DNA from: a virus
Taxonomy: Duplodnaviria; Caudoviricetes
Virus record (IMG/VR): IMGVR_UViG_3300022915_000001
Span: 1 to 64,000 of that record
Strand: one strand, 5' to 3'
Length of the DNA stretch: 64,000 nucleotides
Shown: positions 18,962 through 27,612 of the stretch, one piece after another
Position numbering within the stretch: position 1 is the stretch's first letter
Layout of the letters: each line of letters begins with the position of its first letter
The notes under the pieces: model-generated
Databases searched by the model: none
What the model was told of the DNA's origin: nothing
The model's input: only the letters and a program-made list of their open reading frames with translations
Translations under genes and position numbers: made by a program

Positions 18962-19939
18962 TTAGTAAGTGGCGGGTCCTCGTCCTCGTCCGTAGGGTCG
19001 GCGCATCATCTGCTGTTGCCGCATCTGCTGCATCAGCCGCTCCCGTCCCATTCCCCGGTCGCCCTGCATCGCCTGAATGCTGCTCTGCGGAGCGGGGGGC
19101 GGGGGGGCCGGCTGATCGGCGGCTTCCTGCTGCTGGTCGGCGGCTCCGCGAGCCACGTCCACTTGCGACAACTGCCGGTCGTACTCACCGGCTTCTGACG
19201 GGACACCGCCAGCGGCGGCTCCGACTCCACCAGCGCCGTCGCCCATGTAGTCGCGCACGCCCATGTCTCCGCGAGTGCTCAACTCCTTCATCTGGGCGGC
19301 CATCCGGTCCCCGTCCACCGGACCCACGCCGTAAGACGCCACGCCCGTGGGCGGCGCCGGTCCCATCTGTTGGCTGCGGCGGTCGTAGGCGTTCCGCTCC
19401 ATCTGCATCGCCCTCGCGTTCGCATCGGGACCGCCCTGAGCAGCCTGCAGGCTGCGTCCACCACCCATGCTTCCTACTGCCATCTGCGCGGCATTCTGCC
19501 ACGCTGGGTTCGCTCCGCCGGGAGGCGCGGCCTGGATACTCGTGCCACCCGCCGGGGCTGGAGCGGCTGGAGCGGCTGGAGGCGGTGCAAAGCGGTTGGC
19601 TTGACCGGCAGCGGACCATGCCTGCGCTGCCGCCGGGGGCGGCGCTCCACCAGCCGGAGGAGGAGAAGCTGGAGCCGGGGGAGCACCGCCTACCGGAGGA
19701 CGGACGGGCCCGCCGCCCATTCCTTGCCACCATCGACCACCGCCGCCGGGAGGGGGAGCGCCGGGAGGAGGAGCGCCAGCCGGTGGTTGACCGCCCATCG
19801 GGGGACCGCCCATCGCGCGTCCCATCGGACGCCGCGGCTGCGCCTGTCCTCCCATCGGGGCTTGCTGCATCCCCATCGGCTTCGGTTGAGCCGGGGCCGC
19901 ACCGGCCGGCTGCATATCGTTGACCCACTCTGATGGCAT
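18962..19939 (-). CDS. Low-complexity G/P/A/M/Q-rich protein, putative internal virion protein
   Basis: 325 aa, predicted disordered from composition, tightly packed in the operon. Confidence 0.55.
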   Translation of the reverse strand: MPSEWVNDMQPAGAAPAQPKPMGMQQAPMGGQAQPRRPMGRAMGGPPMGGQPPAGAPPPGAPPPGGGGRWWQGMGGGPVRPPVGGAPPAPASPPPAGGAPPPAAAQAWSAAGQANRFAPPPAAPAAPAPAGGTSIQAAPPGGANPAWQNAAQMAVGSMGGGRSLQAAQGGPDANARAMQMERNAYDRRSQQMGPAPPTGVASYGVGPVDGDRMAAQMKELSTRGDMGVRDYMGDGAGGVGAAAGGVPSEAGEYDRQLSQVDVARGAADQQQEAADQPAPPPPAPQSSIQAMQGDRGMGRERLMQQMRQQQMMRRPYGRGRGPATY

Positions 19940-19948
19940 ATAAGGTTC

Positions 19949-21475
19949 CTATCTCTTGCCCATCGCCGTCTGGGCTGTTTTCCCGAATGCTCCGAGGCCG
20001 GTGGCGGTTCCAATACCGCCGATTGCCAAACTGCCGAGCTTCTCCCACAGTTTCGGCTGCGATTCTTTCGCCGCCTGTTGCGCGGTGGTTCCCTGCTGCT
20101 GGCCCGCCTGTTGCTGCCAAGCGTTCATCTGCCGGTCGTACTCGCCGCTTTCCTCTTGCGCCGCCTGCTGCTGCGCGGCGTTCATCCACTGACGGCCCTC
20201 TTGCGCATCTGCCGCCCTGCGGTCGGCCACGGTCTGAGCGCCGCGGGTCTTGGCTTGCTGGATGCCCATGCCCTGGCCGTAACGCTGTTCCTGGTTGGCC
20301 CTCGTCTGCGCTTGGCGGTCCATCGTGTTCCCCAGCTTGCGGGACTGCGTGTCGCGCTCGATGCCGGTCGCCATCTCGGTCCCTAGACTCGTGCCGTACT
20401 GGCGCTGCTGCTGGCCGCGCTGGGCCGCGCCTTCTTCGACGCCGATCCCCGCTCGGCCAAGCTCGGAAGCCGCGCCGAGACCGGCCTTGCCGAGCTCTGA
20501 GGCAACCTGGAGCCGCGTGCCTTGCTTCGCCTTCTCGGCGGCGAGCCGCTGGTCCTCCATGCCGAAACGGTTCTGGAATTCAAACCCACCGGCTTCCATC
20601 GCCGCGCGTGCCGCTCGGTCGGAGGCCGACTCTTCGCCGCGCAAGCGGAATTCCTCGGCGGTCCCGGCGCGTCCCGCGCGTGCCGCCCCGGCGGCTACCT
20701 TGGCCCTGAGCATGGCATCGCCGCGGTCCACGGCGCTGCCTCGCTCGAGCCGGTCGCGCATCGCGCCTATGCCGAGCGCACTCGCGCCCGCGGCTCTGGC
20801 ACGCCGAGCCGAATCGTCAGCCGCCGCGCGATAGCCTTCCCCAACTGTGTTCCCCGCCACGTCGAGAGTTTGCTGGTACTCCTCGGGGGACATGCGGATC
20901 GTGTCGAGCGCCCCCGCATCGGCACGCAGGAGCCGGGGATCGACCGCCGCACGCCGGTCAGCGCCGGTCTGCCCGATCGTGGCTTGCTGTTGCGCCGTAT
21001 ACGCGGGATCAATCGACTGGCCCGTCTCGTCGCCGATCGCGCCGGTCATCGAAGTCCGGTAGTCGCCCATCGCGCCGGTCACGTCGCTCCGGTAGCCGCC
21101 CATTGAGCCGCGCACGCGATCACTGTCGCTGGCGGTTTGCGCCTCCATCGCGTCCTTGTCGAAGTAGACCGCGCGGGACCACGGGTCGCCAACGGCATCG
21201 TTCTGCTCTTGCTGCGTGCGGAGGTTGGACTGGTACTCCTCGGGCGTCGTGGCAAGACCGCCGTAGTCGCCCTGGATCGCGGCGGCTTCCTCGGGCGAAT
21301 AGCCGCCCTGGCCCGCGATCATGGGGTTGTAGACTTCTTCCTGCTGTTGCTGTTTCTGGCCGCGCCGCTGGCGCTGGACCCAGGCTCGCTGTTCGGCCTC
21401 GGAGTTGAATCGGTTGCCCCGCTCCTGAGCTAGCTGCCGGTCCTGCTCGTTGTACTTCTCTGACTTGCTTGCCAC
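19949..21475 (-). CDS. Putative DNA-ejection pilot protein
   Basis: A/G/Q/R-rich helical protein with a C-terminal amphipathic GSLAIGGIGTATGLG segment, as in podovirus injection proteins. Confidence 0.6.
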   Translation of the reverse strand: MASKSEKYNEQDRQLAQERGNRFNSEAEQRAWVQRQRRGQKQQQQEEVYNPMIAGQGGYSPEEAAAIQGDYGGLATTPEEYQSNLRTQQEQNDAVGDPWSRAVYFDKDAMEAQTASDSDRVRGSMGGYRSDVTGAMGDYRTSMTGAIGDETGQSIDPAYTAQQQATIGQTGADRRAAVDPRLLRADAGALDTIRMSPEEYQQTLDVAGNTVGEGYRAAADDSARRARAAGASALGIGAMRDRLERGSAVDRGDAMLRAKVAAGAARAGRAGTAEEFRLRGEESASDRAARAAMEAGGFEFQNRFGMEDQRLAAEKAKQGTRLQVASELGKAGLGAASELGRAGIGVEEGAAQRGQQQRQYGTSLGTEMATGIERDTQSRKLGNTMDRQAQTRANQEQRYGQGMGIQQAKTRGAQTVADRRAADAQEGRQWMNAAQQQAAQEESGEYDRQMNAWQQQAGQQQGTTAQQAAKESQPKLWEKLGSLAIGGIGTATGLGAFGKTAQTAMGKR

Positions 21476-21514
21476 GGGCTATTCCTCTTCGTTAAACATT
21501 ACCACCGGGAATTG

Positions 21515-21703
21515 TCATTTGAGCCGGGGAACCGTGCCGCCGGGGAGCAGCCCGAAAACTGAGAGCAGCCAGATGCACAGGAAGAGGATGACCACGATAT
21601 TGAGGATGGTCTTAATCGGCGCTGCCATCGGGACATACGTGTTCACGAGGTAGAGGATCACGCCGATCACTACGATCAGGACCAGCAACTGAATGATTGG
21701 CAT
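21515..21703 (-). CDS. Two-TM small membrane protein (Thivi_2564-like); possible holin
   Basis: LLVLIVVIGVILYLVNTYVPMAAPIKTILNIVVILFLCIWLLSVFG. Strong RBS (AAAGGAA). The holin role is inference only. Confidence 0.65.
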   Translation of the reverse strand: MPIIQLLVLIVVIGVILYLVNTYVPMAAPIKTILNIVVILFLCIWLLSVFGLLPGGTVPRLK

Positions 21704-21822
21704 ACGGGTTCCTTTCTTTTACAGGGCGGCCGGAAGTGTCTGAAGACCGCCCCGCCTCGCTGGTCTGTGCATACGGAGATTAGGAAATACAACCAGCGAG
21801 TTGCCAACAAGTCTACTCCTCG

Positions 21823-22305
21823 CTAAACGGAGAAGCCCGCATCGCGCAGTTCGGCGGTGCGCTGCTCGGTAGCGGCAATTGCACCGTCCTTGTCGTAATC
21901 GAAGGCCCACCATCCCGCGCTGTAGATCTCGTAGAGGTCCGCGCCGTTGGTGACCACGAGCCAGTATTGCGGGACCGTGACGTAGCCGTCAGGCGTGGGA
22001 GCCACGATATCGAAGGTGAGACCGGCCCACTGCGTCTTGGCCCAGTGGAGCACCTGGTCTGCGGTTTCCGGTGTGCAGTAATCGACGGGATTGAGGGGAT
22101 ACACCGGCTGCTCGAAGCCATAGCCCAGGTTGATACTCCAGGGGCGCTCGTAAGTGGAAGGCCCGACTTCCTGGCGCGTGACCGTGTAATAGAGGCGCTT
22201 CGTCCACGGGCTGTAGAGGAAGCCCTTCATCGCCCTGACGAGGATCTTCGAGGGATCGAGCGGCACGGGTTCGGGGGGCGGTGTGTTCTTTGCGGAGGGT
22301 TTCAT
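21823..22305 (-). CDS. Hypothetical protein
   Basis: 160-aa aromatic-rich ORF with RBS AGAAGGAA. Confidence 0.6.
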   Translation of the reverse strand: MKPSAKNTPPPEPVPLDPSKILVRAMKGFLYSPWTKRLYYTVTRQEVGPSTYERPWSINLGYGFEQPVYPLNPVDYCTPETADQVLHWAKTQWAGLTFDIVAPTPDGYVTVPQYWLVVTNGADLYEIYSAGWWAFDYDKDGAIAATEQRTAELRDAGFSV

Positions 22306-22327
22306 GGTTCCTTCTTTCTAATGGTCT

Positions 22328-22738
22328 CTAGAGACCGTTTGCGGACTTTCTCTTGGCGAGGGCCGGCCCCGGCGGCGGGATTGGCGCGTCTTCGCCGGCC
22401 TCGAGCGCGTTGCGGAAGCTCTTGAGGAGCGGCCTGATGAAGCGATCATCGCCGGGGCGGTAGTTCTTCCACTCGGTGAGGAGCGCCACGGCGCGTCGGA
22501 TCTCGGCGGCGGTCAGGTCTACATCGAGGACCGGCGCTTGCGCGATCCGGTCGAGGTGCAGGTACGCGCCGCCCTGCGGAATGGGAGTCTCATAGAGGCC
22601 CAGTTCGTTCTGAGGCAATTCGATCTTGTACAGCAATTCGGTCGCGATCATGCGCTTCTCGTCTTCGAGGCCGCCTGAGTCCTGGCCGATCAGCGCGAGC
22701 AGATAGAGCCGCGCCCGCATCGGAATTTCAATCTGCAT
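22328..22738 (-). CDS. Hypothetical protein (possible tail-assembly chaperone)
   Basis: Start re-picked at ATG 22738 (RBS AGGAGA); lies directly downstream of the tailspike. Confidence 0.55.
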   Translation of the reverse strand: MQIEIPMRARLYLLALIGQDSGGLEDEKRMIATELLYKIELPQNELGLYETPIPQGGAYLHLDRIAQAPVLDVDLTAAEIRRAVALLTEWKNYRPGDDRFIRPLLKSFRNALEAGEDAPIPPPGPALAKRKSANGL

Positions 22739-22746
22739 AAGTTCTC

Positions 22747-25700
22747 CTAAGTTACCTGCCAAATGATGCCGCCCTTGAAGTACATGTAGTTCTTCGGCTG
22801 GCCGTTGAGTTGAAACCCTTGCGGGAAATAGAGAGTATAGTCCTGCCCATAATACCCGCCGCTGATCTGATACGAAGCCGCCACGCAGTTACCGCTCGCG
22901 ATCATGTGACCACTCGTATTGATGCCGCCATATCCGACAAACTGCCGCGAGTTGTTGATCACGTCGCTTCCGCCGATCTGGTACACGCCGTTGCCGCCGC
23001 CGCCCGAACCGGCGTTGAACCCGCCATAGGTTTGAATCGAATTCCTCGCCTGCTGGCCGGTGCAGTTGAACCCACCGGAAGGTCCGGTGGTCGTGATCAC
23101 GCCATACGCGGTGAGATCACCTTGCCCGTTCACCACGAAATTCCCGTTGCTGTTGTTGAACGTGTAACTGTAGCCGCTGTTGGTCGCGGTCCAGGAAGGC
23201 TGCGTCGTCGAAGTGATTCCGCTGAAGGTGCCGGTGGCGATCGTCTGCCAGCCTGAAGAAATGTAGATCTTCGCCACGCCCACGCTGGTGTCGTAGAACA
23301 GACACCCGAATTGCAGGGAATCCCCGCCGGTAAAGGCGATGCCCTGCCCATAATTCTGGCCGATCTGGGTGTATACCGCCGCGCGGTGCGAACGCGCGTA
23401 GGAGCCGCCGTTCCCGGCATTCACCGCGTCGAAGCCAGCATAGGGCGAATAGAACTGGTTGGCCTGCACGGAGCCGCCCGTAACGAGGCGAATCGACGCT
23501 GGGCTGGTATGGCCGTAGATCAGAAATGGAGCATTACCCCCGCTGTAATCAACCCACTGCTGCGAACCATCGGCGCCAGTGCGGAATCCCCACTGGCGCC
23601 AGGGCGAGTTCATCAGGTACTGCCACTCTCCGTCTCCGACATTGGAATAAAATCTCACGGCGCTGATGACGCCGCTGGAACTGACCGAACCCCAGGTGGT
23701 GCCCGTGGCCGTGATGTTCGGCACGGTGAGCGTGTCGGAAGAGTCGTTGTAGTAGAAGGCAGCCTCGGCTCCGAAATAGCCGCTGTTGTTGTACTGCACC
23801 ATCGAGTGCGTGCCGGCCGCGAGGGCGCTGGTCACCAGGGGACCGTAGGGTTGACCGCCCGTCGAGATATACAGCACGCCGTTGGTATTGGCGTAGAGCC
23901 GCACTTGGCCGCCCGTCGAGCGATCCGGTTCCGATCTTTGCAGGAAGAGCAGCGATTCGTTGGCGGCGATCCACCGCGCAGTCACGCCGCCGCTCTGGGC
24001 ATTCACCGCGAGGGCGCTGGCGCTATCGGTAAAGAATCCGCCCTGCGATTGGACCCATCCGCCGGTAACCGTGAGTCCAGGTTGACCGGCATACGTGTTC
24101 AGGTACATCTGGAACGCCGTTTTATGCCAATAGAAGTTGGGATGCCCACCGAAACTGCCGGCATCGTTGTATTGGATGGCTCCGTCTGAACTGGCAGGAA
24201 GCGTCCCGGTCCCAAAAGGCCCCCACGCGGCTCCATTCGACGAGATGTACATCTGCCCGCCCGAACTCGCGTAGAGCCGCACCTGAGGAGGGCTGGCAGT
24301 GGACAATGCGGGAGGCGCACCCAATCCCGTGAAGACCAGCGACTCGCTGGCCCCTAGCCACTTACCGAGAACCGCGCCTTCCGGAGCCTGGATAGCGTTC
24401 CCGGTATTGAACGTCAGGAACCCGCCCTCGCTCTGAATCCAGCCGCCCGAGGTGCTGATCGCCGGGGCCGTTGGCGCACAAGTGATGTAGAGTCGATTCA
24501 CTCCCTCGTCCCAGAAGAAATTGGCGTCCCCGCCGAACTGCCCGCCGCGGTTGTACTGGACGCTGCCTTCCGGGGCGCCGGGGGGCGTGTTCCCGAATGG
24601 CCCGTAGGGAGCGGTATTCGACGAGACGTACAACTGTCCGCTCACGGCGGCATAGATCCGCACCTGTCCAGGACCGGAGACCGGCGGCTGCGTGCGCCCG
24701 ATGAAGATCAGCGAGTCTTGCGCGATCAGCCACTGGCCGGTGACGCCGCCAGCCGGCGCCTGAACAGCGTTCGTCGCGCCGCTCGAAGCCGCGAAGCCGA
24801 GCGCGAAGCAACTCACGTCGACGAGGTCGGTGTTCTGGGTCGCCTGATTGTACTGGCCTGTGCGGAAATTGAAGATCTTGTTCGGGTCGTCGTAGTTGAT
24901 GACGCCGTTATCCAAGAACGTGTCGTTGATCGTGGGAACCGGCGCGGCGTTCGATCCCCAGGTGATGTAGTTCTTGATGGTCGCCGACAGAGCGTACACG
25001 CCGCCGTTTGAAGCCTGGATGGCGTTGTAGGTGGTAGCGGTCGCAGGCATCGCCACGAACCCTTGCGCCGATTGAATGTACCCGCCGGTCACATTGATGC
25101 CGGGCAGTGCCGCAGTGCCGTATATCGTGAGCCGCTTGGCGCTCTCGGTGTAGATGAAATCGGCGCTGCCTCCGAACGCGCCCGCGCGGTTGAACTGCAC
25201 CGAATCCACCGGATCGGCCGGCTTGGCCGTCGAGCCGCCGCCGCCTGCGGAGAAGTCGGTCCAGATCCTCGGCCCCGCCGCGCCGCCGCCTTCGACCGAC
25301 TGTTGCCACTTGGCGAGCAAGCCGTCCCAGCGCAGGAGCGCCCAGCCGTTGGGATGAGTGCTCGGAAGCATATCGGCTTCGACTTCCCAGTACGTCGAAT
25401 CGCCCAGCGCCAGGAACCCGCTCGCCGAAAGGTTACCCGTGGCCATCGCGTTGCCATACGGCAATTGCGTGACGCTGCCGGTGGTGATGCAGCCGCCCTC
25501 GGCCACCACCTCGGGCGGCCCAGGTCCGGTCTCGGAGACGTTGAGCAGGGGACCGCGTGCGCCCTGTGCGCGGTACATGTTCAGCGACATGTGGATGTTT
25601 CCCCACGGGTCACTGTCCTGCGCGTAGAAGCGGAGCGACGAGCCTTCGCCGATTCCTTCCCGCGCGATCCCGTGGCGGGAAGAGTAGCTCGCCACGGCCT

Positions 25701-27363
25701 CGGTGGTGAAGTGAATGGCGCACTTGGTGTCGGTGTTCGGGTCGCGCTTGAACTCGAAGACGTTGGGACCACCCAGGCAGACGTTCTTCACCACGCGATT
25801 CATATCGGCCGGCGTGAAGGGCCGGTACGTGGGATCTTCAAAGATCGCCGGGGCCGGTTGGGCGGGATTGAAGTGAATGCTGTTCTCGGTGACGAGGTTG
25901 TCCCGCGCCACTTGATTCGAGCCGGTGAGCAGACCGCCGATCATGATCGGGTTCTGGCCGGGGGCGTCGGGCGCGATGATCAGGTTATTTTGCGCTTGGC
26001 ACTTGCGTGCGGCGTAGAGGCCGATCGCCGTGCCGCCCAGGTTGTCGCAGAAGTTGCCAGAGATGGTGACGCCGAGGCCGCCTTCCTTATCGGCGGTGTT
26101 ACCGAGCACGATGCCTTGGGACCAGTTCGCCCCCGCGCCGCCGGGGCCGAACCCGGAGCCGATCGAGTCCTCGCTGTACTCCGGTTCGCCGGGGCGCGAG
26201 ACGCGGATCGAGTTGCCGGTGATCGTCCCGTAGGCGAAGCCGTCCCCGTTGATCGCGCCGCCGTTCACGTTGAGGAACGAGTTGTTCGCGTAGTTCACCA
26301 GCTTGACGACGCCTGAGGTGTCGAGTCCGGTCGCGTTGAGATTAGGCAACCACCGCGGCACGCCGGCCGAGGTGTCGTCCGAGCAGATGTAGCCGATCCT
26401 GCGGAACGAGTTGCCGATCGCCGAGCCGCCGATCACGTTGCCAAAGAGGATGCCGTCGAGGCCGCAGTCGAGGAACGAGTTGTAGTCGACGTGGATCTGC
26501 TGGTGGAAGGAGTCAAAGCCGTAGCCGTGCTGCCAGACGCAGTTGCCGGTGTTCCGCTCGAAGCGGTTGTTGGACACGTTGAGGTCGGACACCTTGGTGG
26601 AGGAGCCGCCGGTCGCCTGGTTCTGCCCAAGGATGCCGCCGGTCCAGGAGCCGTAGATCGAGGCGCTGCCGGCGAGGAGTTCGGGGAAGTGCCGCTCCCA
26701 GTCGATCTTGACGCCGCGCACGCGCCGCATCGCGTCCATCATGTCGGCCACCGCCGTGCCGAACGTGTGAGGCCGGTTGTTGCGGAGCATCCCGTGATGG
26801 ATCTTGACGCGCTTCACATTGAGGAGCCGCGCGTCGAGGAGGATCGCGTAGCCGCCCGTGTGCTCGATGTGGACGCCGTTCCATTCGAGGTCTTCGCCGC
26901 CGTGGACCCAGAAGCTCGTGTTCAAGGTGAGCAGCGGGTGCATCGGGTTGCTCGAGAATTCGGAGTAGAGCAGACCCACCGAGGTGGTCGTCGTGCCATC
27001 GACCAGGAAGTTGTGGAAGGAGAGGTTCTTCGCGTTGGAGAGATTGAACAGCGCCTTGTCGGCGGGGAGCGCGGCGCCGCGCGTGACCTTGGAACTGCGG
27101 CCCTGGCCGAGCCACGAGATCGGCACGTCCGAATCGAGTTCGATCGGCGTGTTCAGCTTGTAGCTCATCCCCGGCGTGCCGACTCCGGGGATGGTGATCG
27201 AGCCGCCGCCCTTGCCGACAACGGAGTCATACGCCATCTGGAACGCCGCGCTGCAATCGGCCACGCCGTCCGAGACCGCGCCGAAATCCTTCACCGACAC
27301 CCGCTCGCCGTGCTTGGCCCACGGGTCGCGCTCGATGGAGTCGGGATATACGATGACTGCCAT
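22747..27363 (-). CDS. Tailspike/tail fibre with pectate-lyase-like right-handed beta-helix
   Basis: SVKDFGAVSDGVADCSAAFQ N-terminal motif, N/G-rich beta-helix rungs, then four (S/A)(V/I)Q(Y/F)N.xG.FG(G/A) repeats. Confidence 0.85.
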   Translation of the reverse strand: MAVIVYPDSIERDPWAKHGERVSVKDFGAVSDGVADCSAAFQMAYDSVVGKGGGSITIPGVGTPGMSYKLNTPIELDSDVPISWLGQGRSSKVTRGAALPADKALFNLSNAKNLSFHNFLVDGTTTTSVGLLYSEFSSNPMHPLLTLNTSFWVHGGEDLEWNGVHIEHTGGYAILLDARLLNVKRVKIHHGMLRNNRPHTFGTAVADMMDAMRRVRGVKIDWERHFPELLAGSASIYGSWTGGILGQNQATGGSSTKVSDLNVSNNRFERNTGNCVWQHGYGFDSFHQQIHVDYNSFLDCGLDGILFGNVIGGSAIGNSFRRIGYICSDDTSAGVPRWLPNLNATGLDTSGVVKLVNYANNSFLNVNGGAINGDGFAYGTITGNSIRVSRPGEPEYSEDSIGSGFGPGGAGANWSQGIVLGNTADKEGGLGVTISGNFCDNLGGTAIGLYAARKCQAQNNLIIAPDAPGQNPIMIGGLLTGSNQVARDNLVTENSIHFNPAQPAPAIFEDPTYRPFTPADMNRVVKNVCLGGPNVFEFKRDPNTDTKCAIHFTTEAVASYSSRHGIAREGIGEGSSLRFYAQDSDPWGNIHMSLNMYRAQGARGPLLNVSETGPGPPEVVAEGGCITTGSVTQLPYGNAMATGNLSASGFLALGDSTYWEVEADMLPSTHPNGWALLRWDGLLAKWQQSVEGGGAAGPRIWTDFSAGGGGSTAKPADPVDSVQFNRAGAFGGSADFIYTESAKRLTIYGTAALPGINVTGGYIQSAQGFVAMPATATTYNAIQASNGGVYALSATIKNYITWGSNAAPVPTINDTFLDNGVINYDDPNKIFNFRTGQYNQATQNTDLVDVSCFALGFAASSGATNAVQAPAGGVTGQWLIAQDSLIFIGRTQPPVSGPGQVRIYAAVSGQLYVSSNTAPYGPFGNTPPGAPEGSVQYNRGGQFGGDANFFWDEGVNRLYITCAPTAPAISTSGGWIQSEGGFLTFNTGNAIQAPEGAVLGKWLGASESLVFTGLGAPPALSTASPPQVRLYASSGGQMYISSNGAAWGPFGTGTLPASSDGAIQYNDAGSFGGHPNFYWHKTAFQMYLNTYAGQPGLTVTGGWVQSQGGFFTDSASALAVNAQSGGVTARWIAANESLLFLQRSEPDRSTGGQVRLYANTNGVLYISTGGQPYGPLVTSALAAGTHSMVQYNNSGYFGAEAAFYYNDSSDTLTVPNITATGTTWGSVSSSGVISAVRFYSNVGDGEWQYLMNSPWRQWGFRTGADGSQQWVDYSGGNAPFLIYGHTSPASIRLVTGGSVQANQFYSPYAGFDAVNAGNGGSYARSHRAAVYTQIGQNYGQGIAFTGGDSLQFGCLFYDTSVGVAKIYISSGWQTIATGTFSGITSTTQPSWTATNSGYSYTFNNSNGNFVVNGQGDLTAYGVITTTGPSGGFNCTGQQARNSIQTYGGFNAGSGGGGNGVYQIGGSDVINNSRQFVGYGGINTSGHMIASGNCVAASYQISGGYYGQDYTLYFPQGFQLNGQPKNYMYFKGGIIWQVT

Positions 27364-27366
27364 CGG

Positions 27367-27600
27367 TTATGGCTCCCAGGAAATTCTGCCGGTCGTCGGC
27401 TGAACCGGCGGCGGTTCGCCTGGTTCGTTGATGATGGTGGTCCCGCCCACTTCCAGGTTGTTCACCCAGCCCGCGGTTCGCGCCACGTTTCCGTCGAGGC
27501 GGTCCAAAGCCTCGGCCACCAACGCGAAGGTTCCGCGCGTGCGGATCGAATTCACGTCTGGGCGAATCGACGTGACGATCAGCTTGTCAGCAGCAGCCAT
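27367..27600 (-). CDS. Hypothetical virion protein
   Basis: 77-aa ORF between the nozzle and tailspike genes. Confidence 0.5.
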   Translation of the reverse strand: MAAADKLIVTSIRPDVNSIRTRGTFALVAEALDRLDGNVARTAGWVNNLEVGGTTIINEPGEPPPVQPTTGRISWEP

Positions 27601-27612
27601 TTCTGGATAGTA

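Noticed and set aside
1943-27363. Diversity-generating retroelement acting on the fibres
   Set aside because: No reverse transcriptase and no near-identical TR/VR pair differing at adenines was seen in this window.
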